Of a stretch of 64,000 nt of DNA, positions 30,414-40,891 are shown piece by piece. The stretch spans positions 224,001 through 288,000 of the forward strand of contig CAXXVK010000043.1 of the NCBI GenBank assembly GCA_963676915.2, given 5' to 3'. Under the pieces are notes generated by a model, which saw only the letters and a program-made list of their open reading frames with translations, ran no database searches and was not told the origin of the DNA. Positions within the stretch are counted from its first letter, which is position 1; each line of letters opens with the position of its first letter. Both the position numbers and the translations under genes were made by a program. Source of the DNA: Myxococcota bacterium. GTDB lineage: Bacteria > Myxococcota_A > SURF-8 > G963663525.

Positions 30414-31645
30414 GGAACGTCTCCCGGATTTCGAACGAGTTGGGTGATTCGGTCTGCGATATCGCCCAGAGGCAGGCTTTCGTCGGAAAGTCCGGCACTG
30501 TCAATGGCTTGTGGCATACCGTACACGACACAGGTGTCTTCGCTTTGAGTCAAGCAATAACAGCCTTTCTTTTTGAGAGCTTGCACGCCGTTGAGACCAT
30601 CCGCTCCCATGCCGGTCATGATCGTCGCCAGCACGTTGCCCCCATATTGAACCGCCATCGAGCGGAACAGGACATCTACGGACGGACGGCAACTGTTTTC
30701 GGGCGGGTTCTCGTTCAAGCCGACCATATATTCCATCTTGCCGTTTTCCACTCTTTTTCGAATGGTCATGTGTTTGCCACCCGGAGCCAGGTAAACGACG
30801 TTGGGTAGGATCGGACTATCTTCTTCAGCCTCACAGACCTTGATTTTCGATTTGTGGTTGAGGCTTTTTGCCAACGACGAAGTAAAAAGCGGAGGCATAT
30901 GCTGAACGATCAAAACAGGGACACCAAGATTTTCCGGTAGTTTGGGAAGCAATTCGACCAGTGCGTTCGGACCGCCAGTGGAAATACCGATTCCCACCAC
31001 TTCGAGTTTTTTCGGAATCGGGGCATAGGATAACCGGTGCCGATGAGGCTCCGCTGTAACGGGCGGTCGGGCAACGGCAGCGGGTCGAACGGGTTCGGGT
31101 TTCGGAGCTTTGGCTTTCGTGATTTTCCGGGTCTTTTCGAGAATGATTTTTCCCGATTCCTGAACCGCTGTGACTTTGCTCAGGATGATTTTTCCCGATT
31201 CTCTGATTTTTCGCAGATTTCGGCGGATGTTGAACTGTTTGATCAACCCGCCGAGTTGTCGGATCAACTCATCCCGGTTTTGTTCCGGTGTGGCAAGACC
31301 CGGCTTGGTGATGAAGTCCAACGCGCCGCGTTCGAGTGCCTGCATGGTGATGTCGGCGGCGTCGAGGTTGATTCCACTGACCATCACCACACCGATATCC
31401 GGGTAACGACGAGCGATGCGCTCCATGGTTTCGAGACCGTTCATTACCGGCATTTCCACGTCCAGCAGGACGAAATCCACCGGAATCTGCTCGATTTTGG
31501 TCAGTGCGAGCTTGCCATGCGCAGCGACACCGACGACTTCGCATTCTCGAAAGGATTCCACCACTTCCCGAAGAATACGGCGATAGACCACAGAGTCATC
31601 AACAATAAGGATTTTCAACGGATCATTGGTCAACGTCGCCTCCAT
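30410..31645 (-). CDS. cheB: Chemotaxis methylesterase CheB with receiver domain
   Basis: Receiver domain plus GISTGGP, VQHMP, RPSVD, MTGMGADG. Confidence 0.95.
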   Translation of the reverse strand: MEATLTNDPLKILIVDDSVVYRRILREVVESFRECEVVGVAAHGKLALTKIEQIPVDFVLLDVEMPVMNGLETMERIARRYPDIGVVMVSGINLDAADITMQALERGALDFITKPGLATPEQNRDELIRQLGGLIKQFNIRRNLRKIRESGKIILSKVTAVQESGKIILEKTRKITKAKAPKPEPVRPAAVARPPVTAEPHRHRLSYAPIPKKLEVVGIGISTGGPNALVELLPKLPENLGVPVLIVQHMPPLFTSSLAKSLNHKSKIKVCEAEEDSPILPNVVYLAPGGKHMTIRKRVENGKMEYMVGLNENPPENSCRPSVDVLFRSMAVQYGGNVLATIMTGMGADGLNGVQALKKKGCYCLTQSEDTCVVYGMPQAIDSAGLSDESLPLGDIADRITQLVRNPGDVP

Positions 31646-31677
31646 GAGAAGGAAGGAGAACGGGAAAAATCAAGGAC

Positions 31678-33846
31678 TTAGACTGTGAAATCATCCAACG
31701 AGCGATGAAGCTGCGTGGAAATTTCCTTGAGAATATTCGAGGCTTCTCGGGTGTCTCCCGCGCCTTTTTCACTTTCTTTGGCCGCATTGCTGACACTTTC
31801 GACGCTGTGCGCGACTTCGTTCATGCCGTTGGCCGCTTCCGCCGAGCTATGCGAAATCTCCGAAGCGCCTCGGGCCAGTTCGGATACGTTTTTGGCAATT
31901 TCGTTCACGCCCATGGCCGCTTCCTGCACGTTGCGAGACACTTCATTGGCGCCTTTGGCGGCATGTTGCACGTTTTGGGCGACTTCGTTGGCTCCACGTG
32001 CGGTATTGCCGAGATTGTGTGAAATCTCGTTGGTGGTGGAGGTCTGTTCTTCCACGGCGGCGGCAATCACCCCTGAAATCGAGTTGATCTCCGAAATTAC
32101 CTGAACGATGTTGTTGATCGCCTCGATCGCGTTGTCCGAACTTTCCTGGATTTCTTCCACCTGGTCGCGGATGTCCTCGGTGGCCGAAGCGGTCTGTTTG
32201 GCCAGTTCCTTGACTTCGTTGGCTACGACCGCGAATCCTTTGCCTGCTTCACCGGCGGAGGCGGCTTCGATGGTGGCGTTGAGGGCCAGCAAGTTGGTCT
32301 GGGAGGCGATGCCTTTGATCATCTCCACGACTTTCCCAATGGATTTCGCGGACTTGCCGAGCTTGTCCATGATGCCCGATGCCATGGTTGCAGCACTTGT
32401 GGCGTCGTTGGCGATAGAGGCCGCTTCGCTGGAGTTCTTCGCGACTTCGTTCAGGGAGGCCGACATTTCTTCGATGGCCGTTGCCACCGAGTTGACGGAA
32501 CCGGTCATTTCCTCTGTCGAACCGGCGATTTCACTCATGTTGGAGCTGATTTCCTCCACAGCGGCCCCAACCGTATCGAGATTCGCCGAGACTTCCTCGG
32601 ACGACGAAGCGATGGTATTGGACTGTGCGCTGATCTCTTCGATGCCGACGGCAATCGTCTTGATGGAACTGGAGGCTTCTTCCGTCGCGGCAGCAGCCGT
32701 ATTGGCCATGTTGGTCACTTCTTCAGCTCCGCTAGCCATGTTATTGGCTGTGTTAAGTAATTCCTCGGAAGCTGCGGCAAGGCTGGTCGCCTGATTTTTG
32801 TTTTCCGTGACCGTTTCGTTAAGCTTTTTGGACATTTGGTTGAACTTGTCGCTGATCAAGTAGAAGACCTTTGCGGCGACGAGTTCGTCATTGTCTTTGG
32901 CTTCGGTGGCGTCGTACTGGACGGTCAGGTCGCCATCGGCCATTTTTTCGAGAACTCCCAATAGACGGTCGGTTTCATTCGAGCGGTATGCAACCTGTTT
33001 GGCTTCGTAGTCCAGGATATTGTTGACTTTTTCGATGATGGAACGGAATTCGCCTTTATGGGCTTCCGCATCGGCGCGCTTGTCGTAGTCATTGGTGACG
33101 ACAGCCTCGGCGAGTTCTCCGATATCCGTAGTGACTTGGATCAGATTGCCTCGGATCGTGTCGATGATCTCGTTGAGAATGATCTGCTTGCCGGGAAGCT
33201 TTTCAATCGTCTGTTCGAAATCGCCGTCCGCGTAGAATTTGAGAAGGTCGATGATTTTCAAAATGACGTTGATGTGGATTTTCATGCTGGTGTTGAAGCC
33301 ATCCGCCATGGTGCCGTAAGCTCCGGGGAAGATATCGTCTTCGATGAATTTTTCGATATCTCCGGCAAGCTGTCCTTCGGTGACGCTTTCCATCTCCCCA
33401 AGAATGGCTCCCAGCATCTCCACGACCATCGCCATGTGGCCGTTGAGGTCGGTCAATCTTTCCTGCACGCTTTGCAGAGCCGGATTGTCGATTTCTCCAA
33501 CATCGATATCGATGTCCAGGTTGCCTTCCGCCAGGTTGCTAAGATTTCCGATGACCCTTTCCAACTCCGCTTCCAGGAACTGGATGGCTTTTTGCGCTTC
33601 GGCATCGCCTTCGGTGTCTTGAGCGGGAGTTTCCTGAGAGGAGAGGTCATCCAGCATTTTATTGAACGAATTCACCAGCTTTTTATTTTTTGCTACGTAG
33701 CCTTTGACGTCGAGTCTGGCGGACAAATCGCCATCGTTGACTTGCTCAACGACTTTGATGAGGTCATCGACGATACTTTTCTTGGGCAGTTTGACCTTTC
33801 CGTTTCCGGGAGAGGTTTCTTCTGGCATCGGGTGTTGATCGGTCAT
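31678..33846 (-). CDS. Cytoplasmic methyl-accepting chemotaxis protein (HAMP-like repeats, elongated signalling domain)
   Basis: [37 protein letters not shown] hairpin; no transmembrane segment visible. Confidence 0.93.
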   Translation of the reverse strand: MTDQHPMPEETSPGNGKVKLPKKSIVDDLIKVVEQVNDGDLSARLDVKGYVAKNKKLVNSFNKMLDDLSSQETPAQDTEGDAEAQKAIQFLEAELERVIGNLSNLAEGNLDIDIDVGEIDNPALQSVQERLTDLNGHMAMVVEMLGAILGEMESVTEGQLAGDIEKFIEDDIFPGAYGTMADGFNTSMKIHINVILKIIDLLKFYADGDFEQTIEKLPGKQIILNEIIDTIRGNLIQVTTDIGELAEAVVTNDYDKRADAEAHKGEFRSIIEKVNNILDYEAKQVAYRSNETDRLLGVLEKMADGDLTVQYDATEAKDNDELVAAKVFYLISDKFNQMSKKLNETVTENKNQATSLAAASEELLNTANNMASGAEEVTNMANTAAAATEEASSSIKTIAVGIEEISAQSNTIASSSEEVSANLDTVGAAVEEISSNMSEIAGSTEEMTGSVNSVATAIEEMSASLNEVAKNSSEAASIANDATSAATMASGIMDKLGKSAKSIGKVVEMIKGIASQTNLLALNATIEAASAGEAGKGFAVVANEVKELAKQTASATEDIRDQVEEIQESSDNAIEAINNIVQVISEINSISGVIAAAVEEQTSTTNEISHNLGNTARGANEVAQNVQHAAKGANEVSRNVQEAAMGVNEIAKNVSELARGASEISHSSAEAANGMNEVAHSVESVSNAAKESEKGAGDTREASNILKEISTQLHRSLDDFTV

Positions 33847-33916
33847 GTTATCGCTCCTTTTGGTGTTGCTTTCGCAAACATTTCAATTCAAATCGGCCAT
33901 TATGAAAAAAATGGAA

Positions 33917-34393
33917 TCAGTGTTCCGTTTTCAGCAACTCTTTTACGTTGATCGCCAGCAGGAGCTGATGATCGAGCATCACCACGCCGGACAGGTATCT
34001 GCCGTCGATGTCGTTGATATTGGCGGGTGGCGGTTGAATGCGGCTGGAATCGACTTCGATCACATCGCCGATGGAATCGACGAGCAATCCTACCGTTTCC
34101 CAACCGCAATATAGATCATCCCGATTTTCTCTGGCTCGGATCGGTGCCAGTTCCTCTTCGGATTTCAAAATGATATTGTGCGCGTTCTCGGTGATTTTGC
34201 ATGAACCAAGACCCAGTCGGTAACTGAGATCGAAGATCGTGACGATCTGACCGCGCAGGTTGATCAATCCACGTATGTAATCCGGAGCTTTCTGAACGTA
34301 GGTGATGTCCATCTGCTGGTTGATTTCCCGAACGAGAAGGACTTCGATCCCGAAAAGCTGATCGCGGACCTTAAAGGTAGTGTATAGCGTCAT
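33917..34393 (-). CDS. cheW: CheW
   Basis: FGIEVLLVREI, APDYIRGLINLRGQIV, GLLVDSIGDV. Confidence 0.93.
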   Translation of the reverse strand: MTLYTTFKVRDQLFGIEVLLVREINQQMDITYVQKAPDYIRGLINLRGQIVTIFDLSYRLGLGSCKITENAHNIILKSEEELAPIRARENRDDLYCGWETVGLLVDSIGDVIEVDSSRIQPPPANINDIDGRYLSGVVMLDHQLLLAINVKELLKTEH

Positions 34394-37152
34394 AATGCCT
34401 CCCTGTCGCCAGCCTCGAAATCACAGGCAATTCCCGCCGATGCGAGGATTTCCTGGGGGCTGAGGAAAGAGGTGAGCTTGTCGTGAATAATGGCCGAACC
34501 TACCATGCCCGGCCCGTCGATCAGAGGAGGCTGCAATTCGACATCCACGTCCAAAGCATCGATGATGTTGGTTACGATGATGCCCGCCTGGGCTTGCTTT
34601 TTGCTGTCGCTTCCACCGCATTTGGGAATCAGCAGGAAAACGTCCTCGGTATCCTCGGGCATGGGATCGACCGAGATGTATTCATCCAGACGGACGACCG
34701 GTAAGCCTTTTCCGAGGTAGTGAATGAAGGATTTCTGGCCCATCGTTCGAATGTCCGATTTGGCCACACGCTCCAACCGTAGGATTTTTTCCTGCTCGAC
34801 GGCGAAAATCTCCTCGGGATTGTTGGTGAACATGATTACCGAGCGGATGCGGTCCTCTTGAAGCTTGGTTTCGGAATCGAATTTTTCCTTGCTGAGTTTG
34901 TCTTCTTCGATGAACTCGTTGAAGTTCAGTCTGGCTTTTGTGGCGATTCCCGCAGCATCGAGAATCATGATGACGCTGCCGTCACCAAGAATCGTGGTTC
35001 CGGCGAACATCTTGATGTCTTTCAAGTAAGTGGACAACGGCTTGACCACGATTTCCTCACCATCGAAGAGCTTATCCACGATGATGCCGAACAGGTTCTG
35101 CCCATTTTTCAACACCAGGATGTTGCAGTCGCTGTGCCAGCTTTCCCGCCGATCGTCATCGTTTCGGCGGTTGGAGGAGTCTCCTGAGCGATCGAAATAT
35201 TTCGGACCGCGTCGGTCGCCGATACGTTCGCGTCGGTCGACTTTCTCCTCGCCGGTTTCCGGGTCGATGTACGTCCGTTCGATTCCCAGAACATCGGCCA
35301 GCCGGACCAGAGGGAGCAGTCGTCCCCGCAAACGGAGCACCGGAGCACCGCGGATGGTATCCATACGGTCGGCGAATTCGTGGGCGCGAACCCATACCAG
35401 CTCTTTGATACTGACTTGTGGAACCGCGAAACGGGAGTTTCCTACACCGATAATCAAGGACGGAATGATGGCCAAGGTCAAAGGCAGACGCAAAAGGATG
35501 GTTGTGCCTTTGCCAAGTTCGGATTCCAACTCGATATGCCCGCCCAGTTTTTCGATGTTCGTCTTGACGACATCCATTCCCACGCCGCGCCCGGAAATGT
35601 CAGAAACTTCCTTGGCTGTGGAAAAACCGGGAGCGAAAATCAGGTTGAGGATTTCCCGCTCGCCCATTTTGTCCAATTGCTGCGAGTCGTACATTCCCCG
35701 TTCGATGGCTTTTTGCATCACTTTTCGTTTGTCGATGCCATTGCCGTCGTCGGAAATCGAAATGTTGACCTGCCCGCCTTCATGGTATGCGACCAAATGG
35801 ACGTGTCCGGTTTTCGGCTTGTGTTTGACCAGCCGTTCGTCTGGAAGTTCGATGGCATGATCCACACAATTGCGGATGATGTGCGTCAAGGGATCGGAAA
35901 GCATTTCGACGATGGATTTGTCCAGTTCGACTTCGGCTCCCTGGATGTCCAATTTGATATCTTTTCCCAATTTTCGGGAAAGATCGCGAACAAGGCGGGG
36001 AAATTTGCCAAAGAGTACACCGACGGCCTGCATTCGCGTTTGCATGATGCCTTCTTGCAATTCGCTGGTCACACGATCGATGTTCTGCAAAATACCTAGC
36101 AATCCCGGTACGTTATCCACGACGTTTTCCAGGGCGCGCATCAACTGATTGCGTCCCAGCACCAATTCTCCGGCGGTGTTCATAAGCTGCGTGAGCAAAT
36201 CCACTCGAACACGCAAGGTTTCTGCCACGTCGTGTTTCGATGCGCTGACGTTCTTTTTAGACTTGCTGGGTTTTTCCTCGATTTCTTTTGTGATTACAGA
36301 GGTTTCCGCCATGACCTCTTCTTTGTCTCGGACCATCCAGACGCGCATACTTTCCTTGGGAATCTGCTCGATGGTTACATCCGTGACCGACAGACCCGTG
36401 GGAAACATGTCCATGTCGAGAACGGAGGCTGCGCAGAACTCTTTCTTGTTTCCGGGAATGTCCCGCGAACCCAGCAATTTCCCCAATGATTTCAACTCTT
36501 CAGCCAACGCATCGGCTTGATCCGGGGTGCTTGTGGTAATCAGGAAAAAGAACATGCCATGGCGAATGGCGTCTTCCAATGGAACGTGATCGATAGCGAA
36601 TGAACTGATTTTGTCCATCCAATTGGTTTGGGCCGGATCGGTTTCTGGTTCTGTCACCGGTTCGGGTTTGTTTGCGGGTTCAGGTGCCGTTTCTTGTGCG
36701 ATTTCAACACTTTGTTCCGCAGATTGTTTGGGTTCGGGAGCCTTGGCGGGAACATCTACCGGCAGACCTTCCACAATTTGATTCAGTTGCCGGATTTCTT
36801 CCTGGCATTCGATATTGTCCGATTCCTGCACGTCGTCCAGCATCGCTCGGAGAACATCGACCGAACGCAGAAGAACGTCCATGATTTCCTGAGTGATTTG
36901 AAGCTTTTCGTTGCGAATCAACATCAGCACGTTTTCCATGGCGTGGCTGAGTTGCTTCAACGATTCGAGCGATAGGAACGACGATCCGCCTTTGATGGAA
37001 TGGATAGCCCGAAAGACTCTGTTGACGATTTCCTTGGGAACATCGTTTTGCTGTTCTTCCAGGGTCAGCAGGTCCGGTTCGATGGCGTTGAGGTGATCGC
37101 GACATTCCGCCACGAAATCGCTCATCAGGCTTTCATCGGCATATTGGCTCAT
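34390..37152 (-). CDS. cheA: CheA histidine kinase with two CheW-like domains
   Basis: FRAIHSIKG (HPt), HIIRNCVDH, DDGNG, FAPGFST, SGRGVGMDVV, LPLTLAII. Confidence 0.95.
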   Translation of the reverse strand: MSQYADESLMSDFVAECRDHLNAIEPDLLTLEEQQNDVPKEIVNRVFRAIHSIKGGSSFLSLESLKQLSHAMENVLMLIRNEKLQITQEIMDVLLRSVDVLRAMLDDVQESDNIECQEEIRQLNQIVEGLPVDVPAKAPEPKQSAEQSVEIAQETAPEPANKPEPVTEPETDPAQTNWMDKISSFAIDHVPLEDAIRHGMFFFLITTSTPDQADALAEELKSLGKLLGSRDIPGNKKEFCAASVLDMDMFPTGLSVTDVTIEQIPKESMRVWMVRDKEEVMAETSVITKEIEEKPSKSKKNVSASKHDVAETLRVRVDLLTQLMNTAGELVLGRNQLMRALENVVDNVPGLLGILQNIDRVTSELQEGIMQTRMQAVGVLFGKFPRLVRDLSRKLGKDIKLDIQGAEVELDKSIVEMLSDPLTHIIRNCVDHAIELPDERLVKHKPKTGHVHLVAYHEGGQVNISISDDGNGIDKRKVMQKAIERGMYDSQQLDKMGEREILNLIFAPGFSTAKEVSDISGRGVGMDVVKTNIEKLGGHIELESELGKGTTILLRLPLTLAIIPSLIIGVGNSRFAVPQVSIKELVWVRAHEFADRMDTIRGAPVLRLRGRLLPLVRLADVLGIERTYIDPETGEEKVDRRERIGDRRGPKYFDRSGDSSNRRNDDDRRESWHSDCNILVLKNGQNLFGIIVDKLFDGEEIVVKPLSTYLKDIKMFAGTTILGDGSVIMILDAAGIATKARLNFNEFIEEDKLSKEKFDSETKLQEDRIRSVIMFTNNPEEIFAVEQEKILRLERVAKSDIRTMGQKSFIHYLGKGLPVVRLDEYISVDPMPEDTEDVFLLIPKCGGSDSKKQAQAGIIVTNIIDALDVDVELQPPLIDGPGMVGSAIIHDKLTSFLSPQEILASAGIACDFEAGDREAL

Positions 37153-37288
37153 GGTGTTTCCTCTTGCATCCGGTACAATCGGCGGCTTTCGACATTGCTG
37201 GTCCGAGCCTAAAAGTTCTCATCTTAAATAACGGGAATTTATCGGGGAACTGAACTGCTCCCCGATAAAAATCCCTTCATAAGTCGGA

Positions 37289-37882
37289 TTAGACTGGAGT
37301 AATGATGAACTCTCCATAGTCGTCCCCGCATTCGATGCCTTTGACCTGCTCGCATTGGAAGGTTCCGTTGCCGTCCGGGTAGGGTTTGCCATACGCCAGA
37401 TCCATGAACGCGGCGCAAACGCCTTGAATCATGTAGGCGGACGGCACCTTGGAGGCACCGAGTTCCACGATGTCGGATTCGTAGTAGTCGTACGCTCTGA
37501 CGACCATTTTCTTCTCGGGAACCAATTCCACGATTTCGGCTTTGGCCCAACCCCAGGCGGTGAACACGGCGAAGGCACCATGCAGCACGTCTTCGGGGGC
37601 GTTTTCGATCATCGGTTCCACGACGGCTTTCCATTCCTCGCTGGTGATGATGCCGTACCCCGTGTTGTATCCGCAGGAATTCGCGGCGTTGTACAGCAGG
37701 TACTGTGCAGCTTCGAGCATGTCGGCGGAAACCGATTTTGTGATCAATTCCGAGAAGTTATTCCAGAACGACGCCGGCAGTTGGTTGACGAGAACGTTGA
37801 AGCCGGGGATCAAACCGTCATCGTTGGATTGGACTTGAAGCTTCGACAGGGAGTCGATGATTTTCTTTCGATCGATGGCCAT
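37289..37882 (-). CDS. V4R (4-vinyl reductase/H-NOX-like fold) protein
   Basis: AWGWA, ..AYMIQGVCAAFMDL and CEQVK.IE.GD.YGEF pattern of V4R-like domains. Confidence 0.65.
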   Translation of the reverse strand: MAIDRKKIIDSLSKLQVQSNDDGLIPGFNVLVNQLPASFWNNFSELITKSVSADMLEAAQYLLYNAANSCGYNTGYGIITSEEWKAVVEPMIENAPEDVLHGAFAVFTAWGWAKAEIVELVPEKKMVVRAYDYYESDIVELGASKVPSAYMIQGVCAAFMDLAYGKPYPDGNGTFQCEQVKGIECGDDYGEFIITPV

Positions 37883-37897
37883 AGGTCACTCCTTTCC

Positions 37898-38434
37898 TTA
37901 AGCGCGAACGATGGCGAATTTGGAGGTTTCGGCACCGGAAACGATGCTCTGCACTTCGTTGACCTTGTAGCTTCCCATGGGAAGATCATAGATGGCCGCC
38001 ATGGCCGCCGAAAGGTAGCCCTGGCCGACGAAGTTGACGGCTTTGTCCCGTTTGCCCCACTTTTTGACCCAGCCTTCATCCACATGGCTGTGAGCCATTT
38101 CAGCGGTGGCGGACAGTTTGCCGACATGCTCGAAATGAAGCAGTCCCATGCCGCAGACTTTCCAGTATTCCTCCGCAAGTGCCACACGCTCTACAAGCTC
38201 GTTGACCTGGTGCTTTTTGAAATAATCTTTCAGAACTTTGGTAAAGCTCAGTTCGGCGGCCTGACGCATCAACCCCTTTCCATCCACCATTTCGGCATCA
38301 TCCGCCAATTGGCAGTAAAGCGTAATGTAGTGGTGGCAGTGCAGGACCGTTACGGCATCGTTGTTGTAGTGACGTGTGGTTTTCGGGTCGAACCGATGAT
38401 CGATCTCCCATTCCACTTTTTTGAATTTTGCCAT
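37898..38434 (-). CDS. V4R-fold protein with HCHH motif
   Basis: VLHCHHY, CGMG, VNFVGQGYLSAA, EVQSIVSGAETSKF. Confidence 0.62.
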   Translation of the reverse strand: MAKFKKVEWEIDHRFDPKTTRHYNNDAVTVLHCHHYITLYCQLADDAEMVDGKGLMRQAAELSFTKVLKDYFKKHQVNELVERVALAEEYWKVCGMGLLHFEHVGKLSATAEMAHSHVDEGWVKKWGKRDKAVNFVGQGYLSAAMAAIYDLPMGSYKVNEVQSIVSGAETSKFAIVRA

Positions 38435-38446
38435 AAGGAACCTCCT

Positions 38447-38638
38447 TTACAGTTTCGGGGCGTCGGCGCCCAGGACTTCTTTTGCAATTTCATAGGCTTT
38501 GGCGAGAACTTCCGGCGTGTCTTCCGCGTCACCTGCCTTATTGGAGGGAACGTTGGTTTTCATCGCCATCCGCATTTTCGCCTTTAAGCCTCCTTTCGCT
38601 TCCACCAGTTCGTAATACTTCTTCAGTTTGTCTCCCAT
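38447..38638 (-). CDS. Small hypothetical protein (63 aa)
   Basis: AAGGAG RBS; GGLKAKMRMAMKT..PS.KA; tightly packed in the operon. Confidence 0.72.
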   Translation of the reverse strand: MGDKLKKYYELVEAKGGLKAKMRMAMKTNVPSNKAGDAEDTPEVLAKAYEIAKEVLGADAPKL

Positions 38639-38930
38639 GGAGTTCTCCTTTCTCTATGAGTTGTTTCACATCCTCCAAAATGGAAGATGCGGCGGTCCGG
38701 GATAGAGTTACCCGCATCGTGTTGTTGCCAAGCACTCCTTGAATGGTGCATATTTTTTGATAGGTAAGTTTGAAATAAGGTCTGGGAAAATCCTTGAAAT
38801 ATTCAAGGTTTCCAAAGTTGCCCAAGGTTAAAATCAAGCTTTCGTCAGCCGGTTGATCGAGAACGATTTCCCGCATCAGATCTTCATCGAAGCAGTCTTC
38901 TACCGTTCGGATGTCGAGAACTCGTGTCAT
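38538..38930 (-). CDS. Hypothetical protein (EDCFD motif), translationally coupled to the desulfurase
   Basis: ATGA overlap at 38927-38930; VEDCFD...LEYF.DFPRPYF...GVLG. The 3' end is uncertain because it overlaps the next gene by about 100 bp. Confidence 0.6.
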   Translation of the reverse strand: MTRVLDIRTVEDCFDEDLMREIVLDQPADESLILTLGNFGNLEYFKDFPRPYFKLTYQKICTIQGVLGNNTMRVTLSRTAASSILEDVKQLIEKGELHGRQTEEVLRTGGSERRLKGENADGDENQRSLQ

Positions 38931-40075
38931 GGTTTCACCAGCCTTTTCAGGGCGTCGGAAAACTCGAACACCTCTTTTTCCGTATTGAAAGCGCTGACAC
39001 TCGCACGGATGTTTCCGTCGGGGGCTGTTCCGATGGTGTCGTGAATCAGCGGTGCGCAATGCAGTCCGTGACGGGTTTCAAAGCCGAAGGATTCTGACAG
39101 GATGAACCCAAGTTCTTCCGGTGACCATCCCTTGGCCTGAAACGACACGACACCCGCCCGGCCGTCGGATTTGGCGAGAGGGGAGAGGGAAATCCCTTCG
39201 ATTTCTTTGAGATTTTTCCGCATTAGCTGCACGAGAGTGTTTCGGTGTTTTCCCAAAGCACCTACACCACGTTCCAGCACAAATTCGACTCCTGCCGCCA
39301 GCCCGGCGATCCCCGGAAGGTTGGGGGTTCCGGCTTCGTAACGAATCGGTAGCGAGGAAGGTTGCAGCAGGCTTTCGCTTTGAATACCGGTTCCTCCCGT
39401 CAGAACCGGTTCGAGACTGTTGTCCGGCAGGATCAGTCCACCGGTTCCCATCGGTCCGAAAAGCCCTTTGTGCCCGGCAAAAGCAACATATGTTTGTCCG
39501 GGAAGCTTTTCATAATTCAACTCGACGCTGCCCGCCGATTGCGCGGCATCGATCAGAAATGGAATTCGGTGCTTCGCTGCGATATCAGCGATTTCCTCAA
39601 CCGGTTGGATGCAGCCGGTTACATTCGAAGCATGGGTGACTACGATCAGTCGAGTATCCGAGTCGATAGATTCTTGTAAAGTCTTGGGGAGTACACGACC
39701 GTCTTTTTCCGGATTCAGGTAAACAATACGAGTTCCGAATCGTTGGCTGCCATGTTCGAGAGGGCGGATAACTGAGTTGTGCTCAAGGCGTGTCGTAACG
39801 CAATTTCCACCGGGAGATTGCCGTAAGTACCCTGTAATGACTAGGTTTAAGGCAATCGTAGCCGAAGGTGTCAAAATAACTTGAGAGGGAGTGGGAACGT
39901 GAAAGAGAAGGGCTAGTCGTTTTCGACAGGGGAGGGTTGGATCTTGTTGTTGATGGGATCTACCTGGTTCACTTGGAGGCAACAGTAAACTCTGTCTGAC
40001 TGCCTCTGTGACGCGCTTTGGCTTAGGAAAGCTGGTCGCAGCGTTATTCAGGTATATGAAGTGGCTCTGATCCAT
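38927..40075 (-). CDS. Class V aminotransferase, cysteine desulfurase family (group II-like)
   Basis: YLNNAATSFPKP, LEHNSV, HASNVTG, DAAQSAG, GHKGL (PLP Lys), EAGTPN, RHGLHCAP (catalytic Cys). Confidence 0.88.
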   Translation of the reverse strand: MDQSHFIYLNNAATSFPKPKRVTEAVRQSLLLPPSEPGRSHQQQDPTLPCRKRLALLFHVPTPSQVILTPSATIALNLVITGYLRQSPGGNCVTTRLEHNSVIRPLEHGSQRFGTRIVYLNPEKDGRVLPKTLQESIDSDTRLIVVTHASNVTGCIQPVEEIADIAAKHRIPFLIDAAQSAGSVELNYEKLPGQTYVAFAGHKGLFGPMGTGGLILPDNSLEPVLTGGTGIQSESLLQPSSLPIRYEAGTPNLPGIAGLAAGVEFVLERGVGALGKHRNTLVQLMRKNLKEIEGISLSPLAKSDGRAGVVSFQAKGWSPEELGFILSESFGFETRHGLHCAPLIHDTIGTAPDGNIRASVSAFNTEKEVFEFSDALKRLVKP

Positions 40076-40891
40076 CCTAGATCTTTCCCCTGTCCTAAAA
40101 TTTCAATAGCCAGTGCTTTTTCGCAATTCCGAGATCAACAAATAGCGTTTTTGTTACACTTTCCTTGCCAGTTACAAGCGGCTGAAAGCTCCATCTCGTT
40201 CCGGAGATGATGAACCTTAGGTTGATAGAACGAGATGGAACGAAAATTCAGCCTTCAGAAAGCGAGGAATTCGTCTGCCCCCCCATTGCAACATGATGCT
40301 GAACCTGATGCATGTAATAGTCAGGTGACTATTCCTGCTTTCTGTTTATTTGAATCGGTTACATGAAACGTGACTTGAGAGAAAAAAAGAAAAAATCAAT
40401 AAAGTCATATATGTATGAATATTGAGGCAGTAGCTGTCGAAAAGTGTGCTCTTAAATGCACGGCTCGGGAGGGGGTGGAGTGCATTCGGTTTTTGTAATA
40501 TTTTGATGAAAAAAGGCGACATTCGAATGAGGATATGAAATCGTTTTTATTCGCCTTCAGCCCTCAAGTGACTAAGAACGACTCTATTATTGCATAGATG
40601 TAATAAAGTATTTGTTTGGGTGATAATATTAAAATACGTCAAGCTAGAGAGTAAGATCGTCGGATTGGAACGGTGGAGAGGAAAGAGGTAGTGTCTTGAG
40701 TACATCTCGGTAACTACATGGTTTAAAACATTGGCTTTAATGACGAAAATCTGCTCTGTCGAATCTCCTCGTCAGGCACTCAAACCTGAAATAACTTGCT
40801 TCGAAGGGTGCCCCTCTGTTATTTACTGAGTACGGTTCGGTAAGGTCTTCATACGGCCTTTGCATGAGATAAAACACGAGTGAGGTCAATT

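Noticed and set aside
31143-31201. 17-bp direct repeat (ESGKIIL twice) in cheB
   Set aside because: Small duplication in the variable interdomain linker; no evidence of function.
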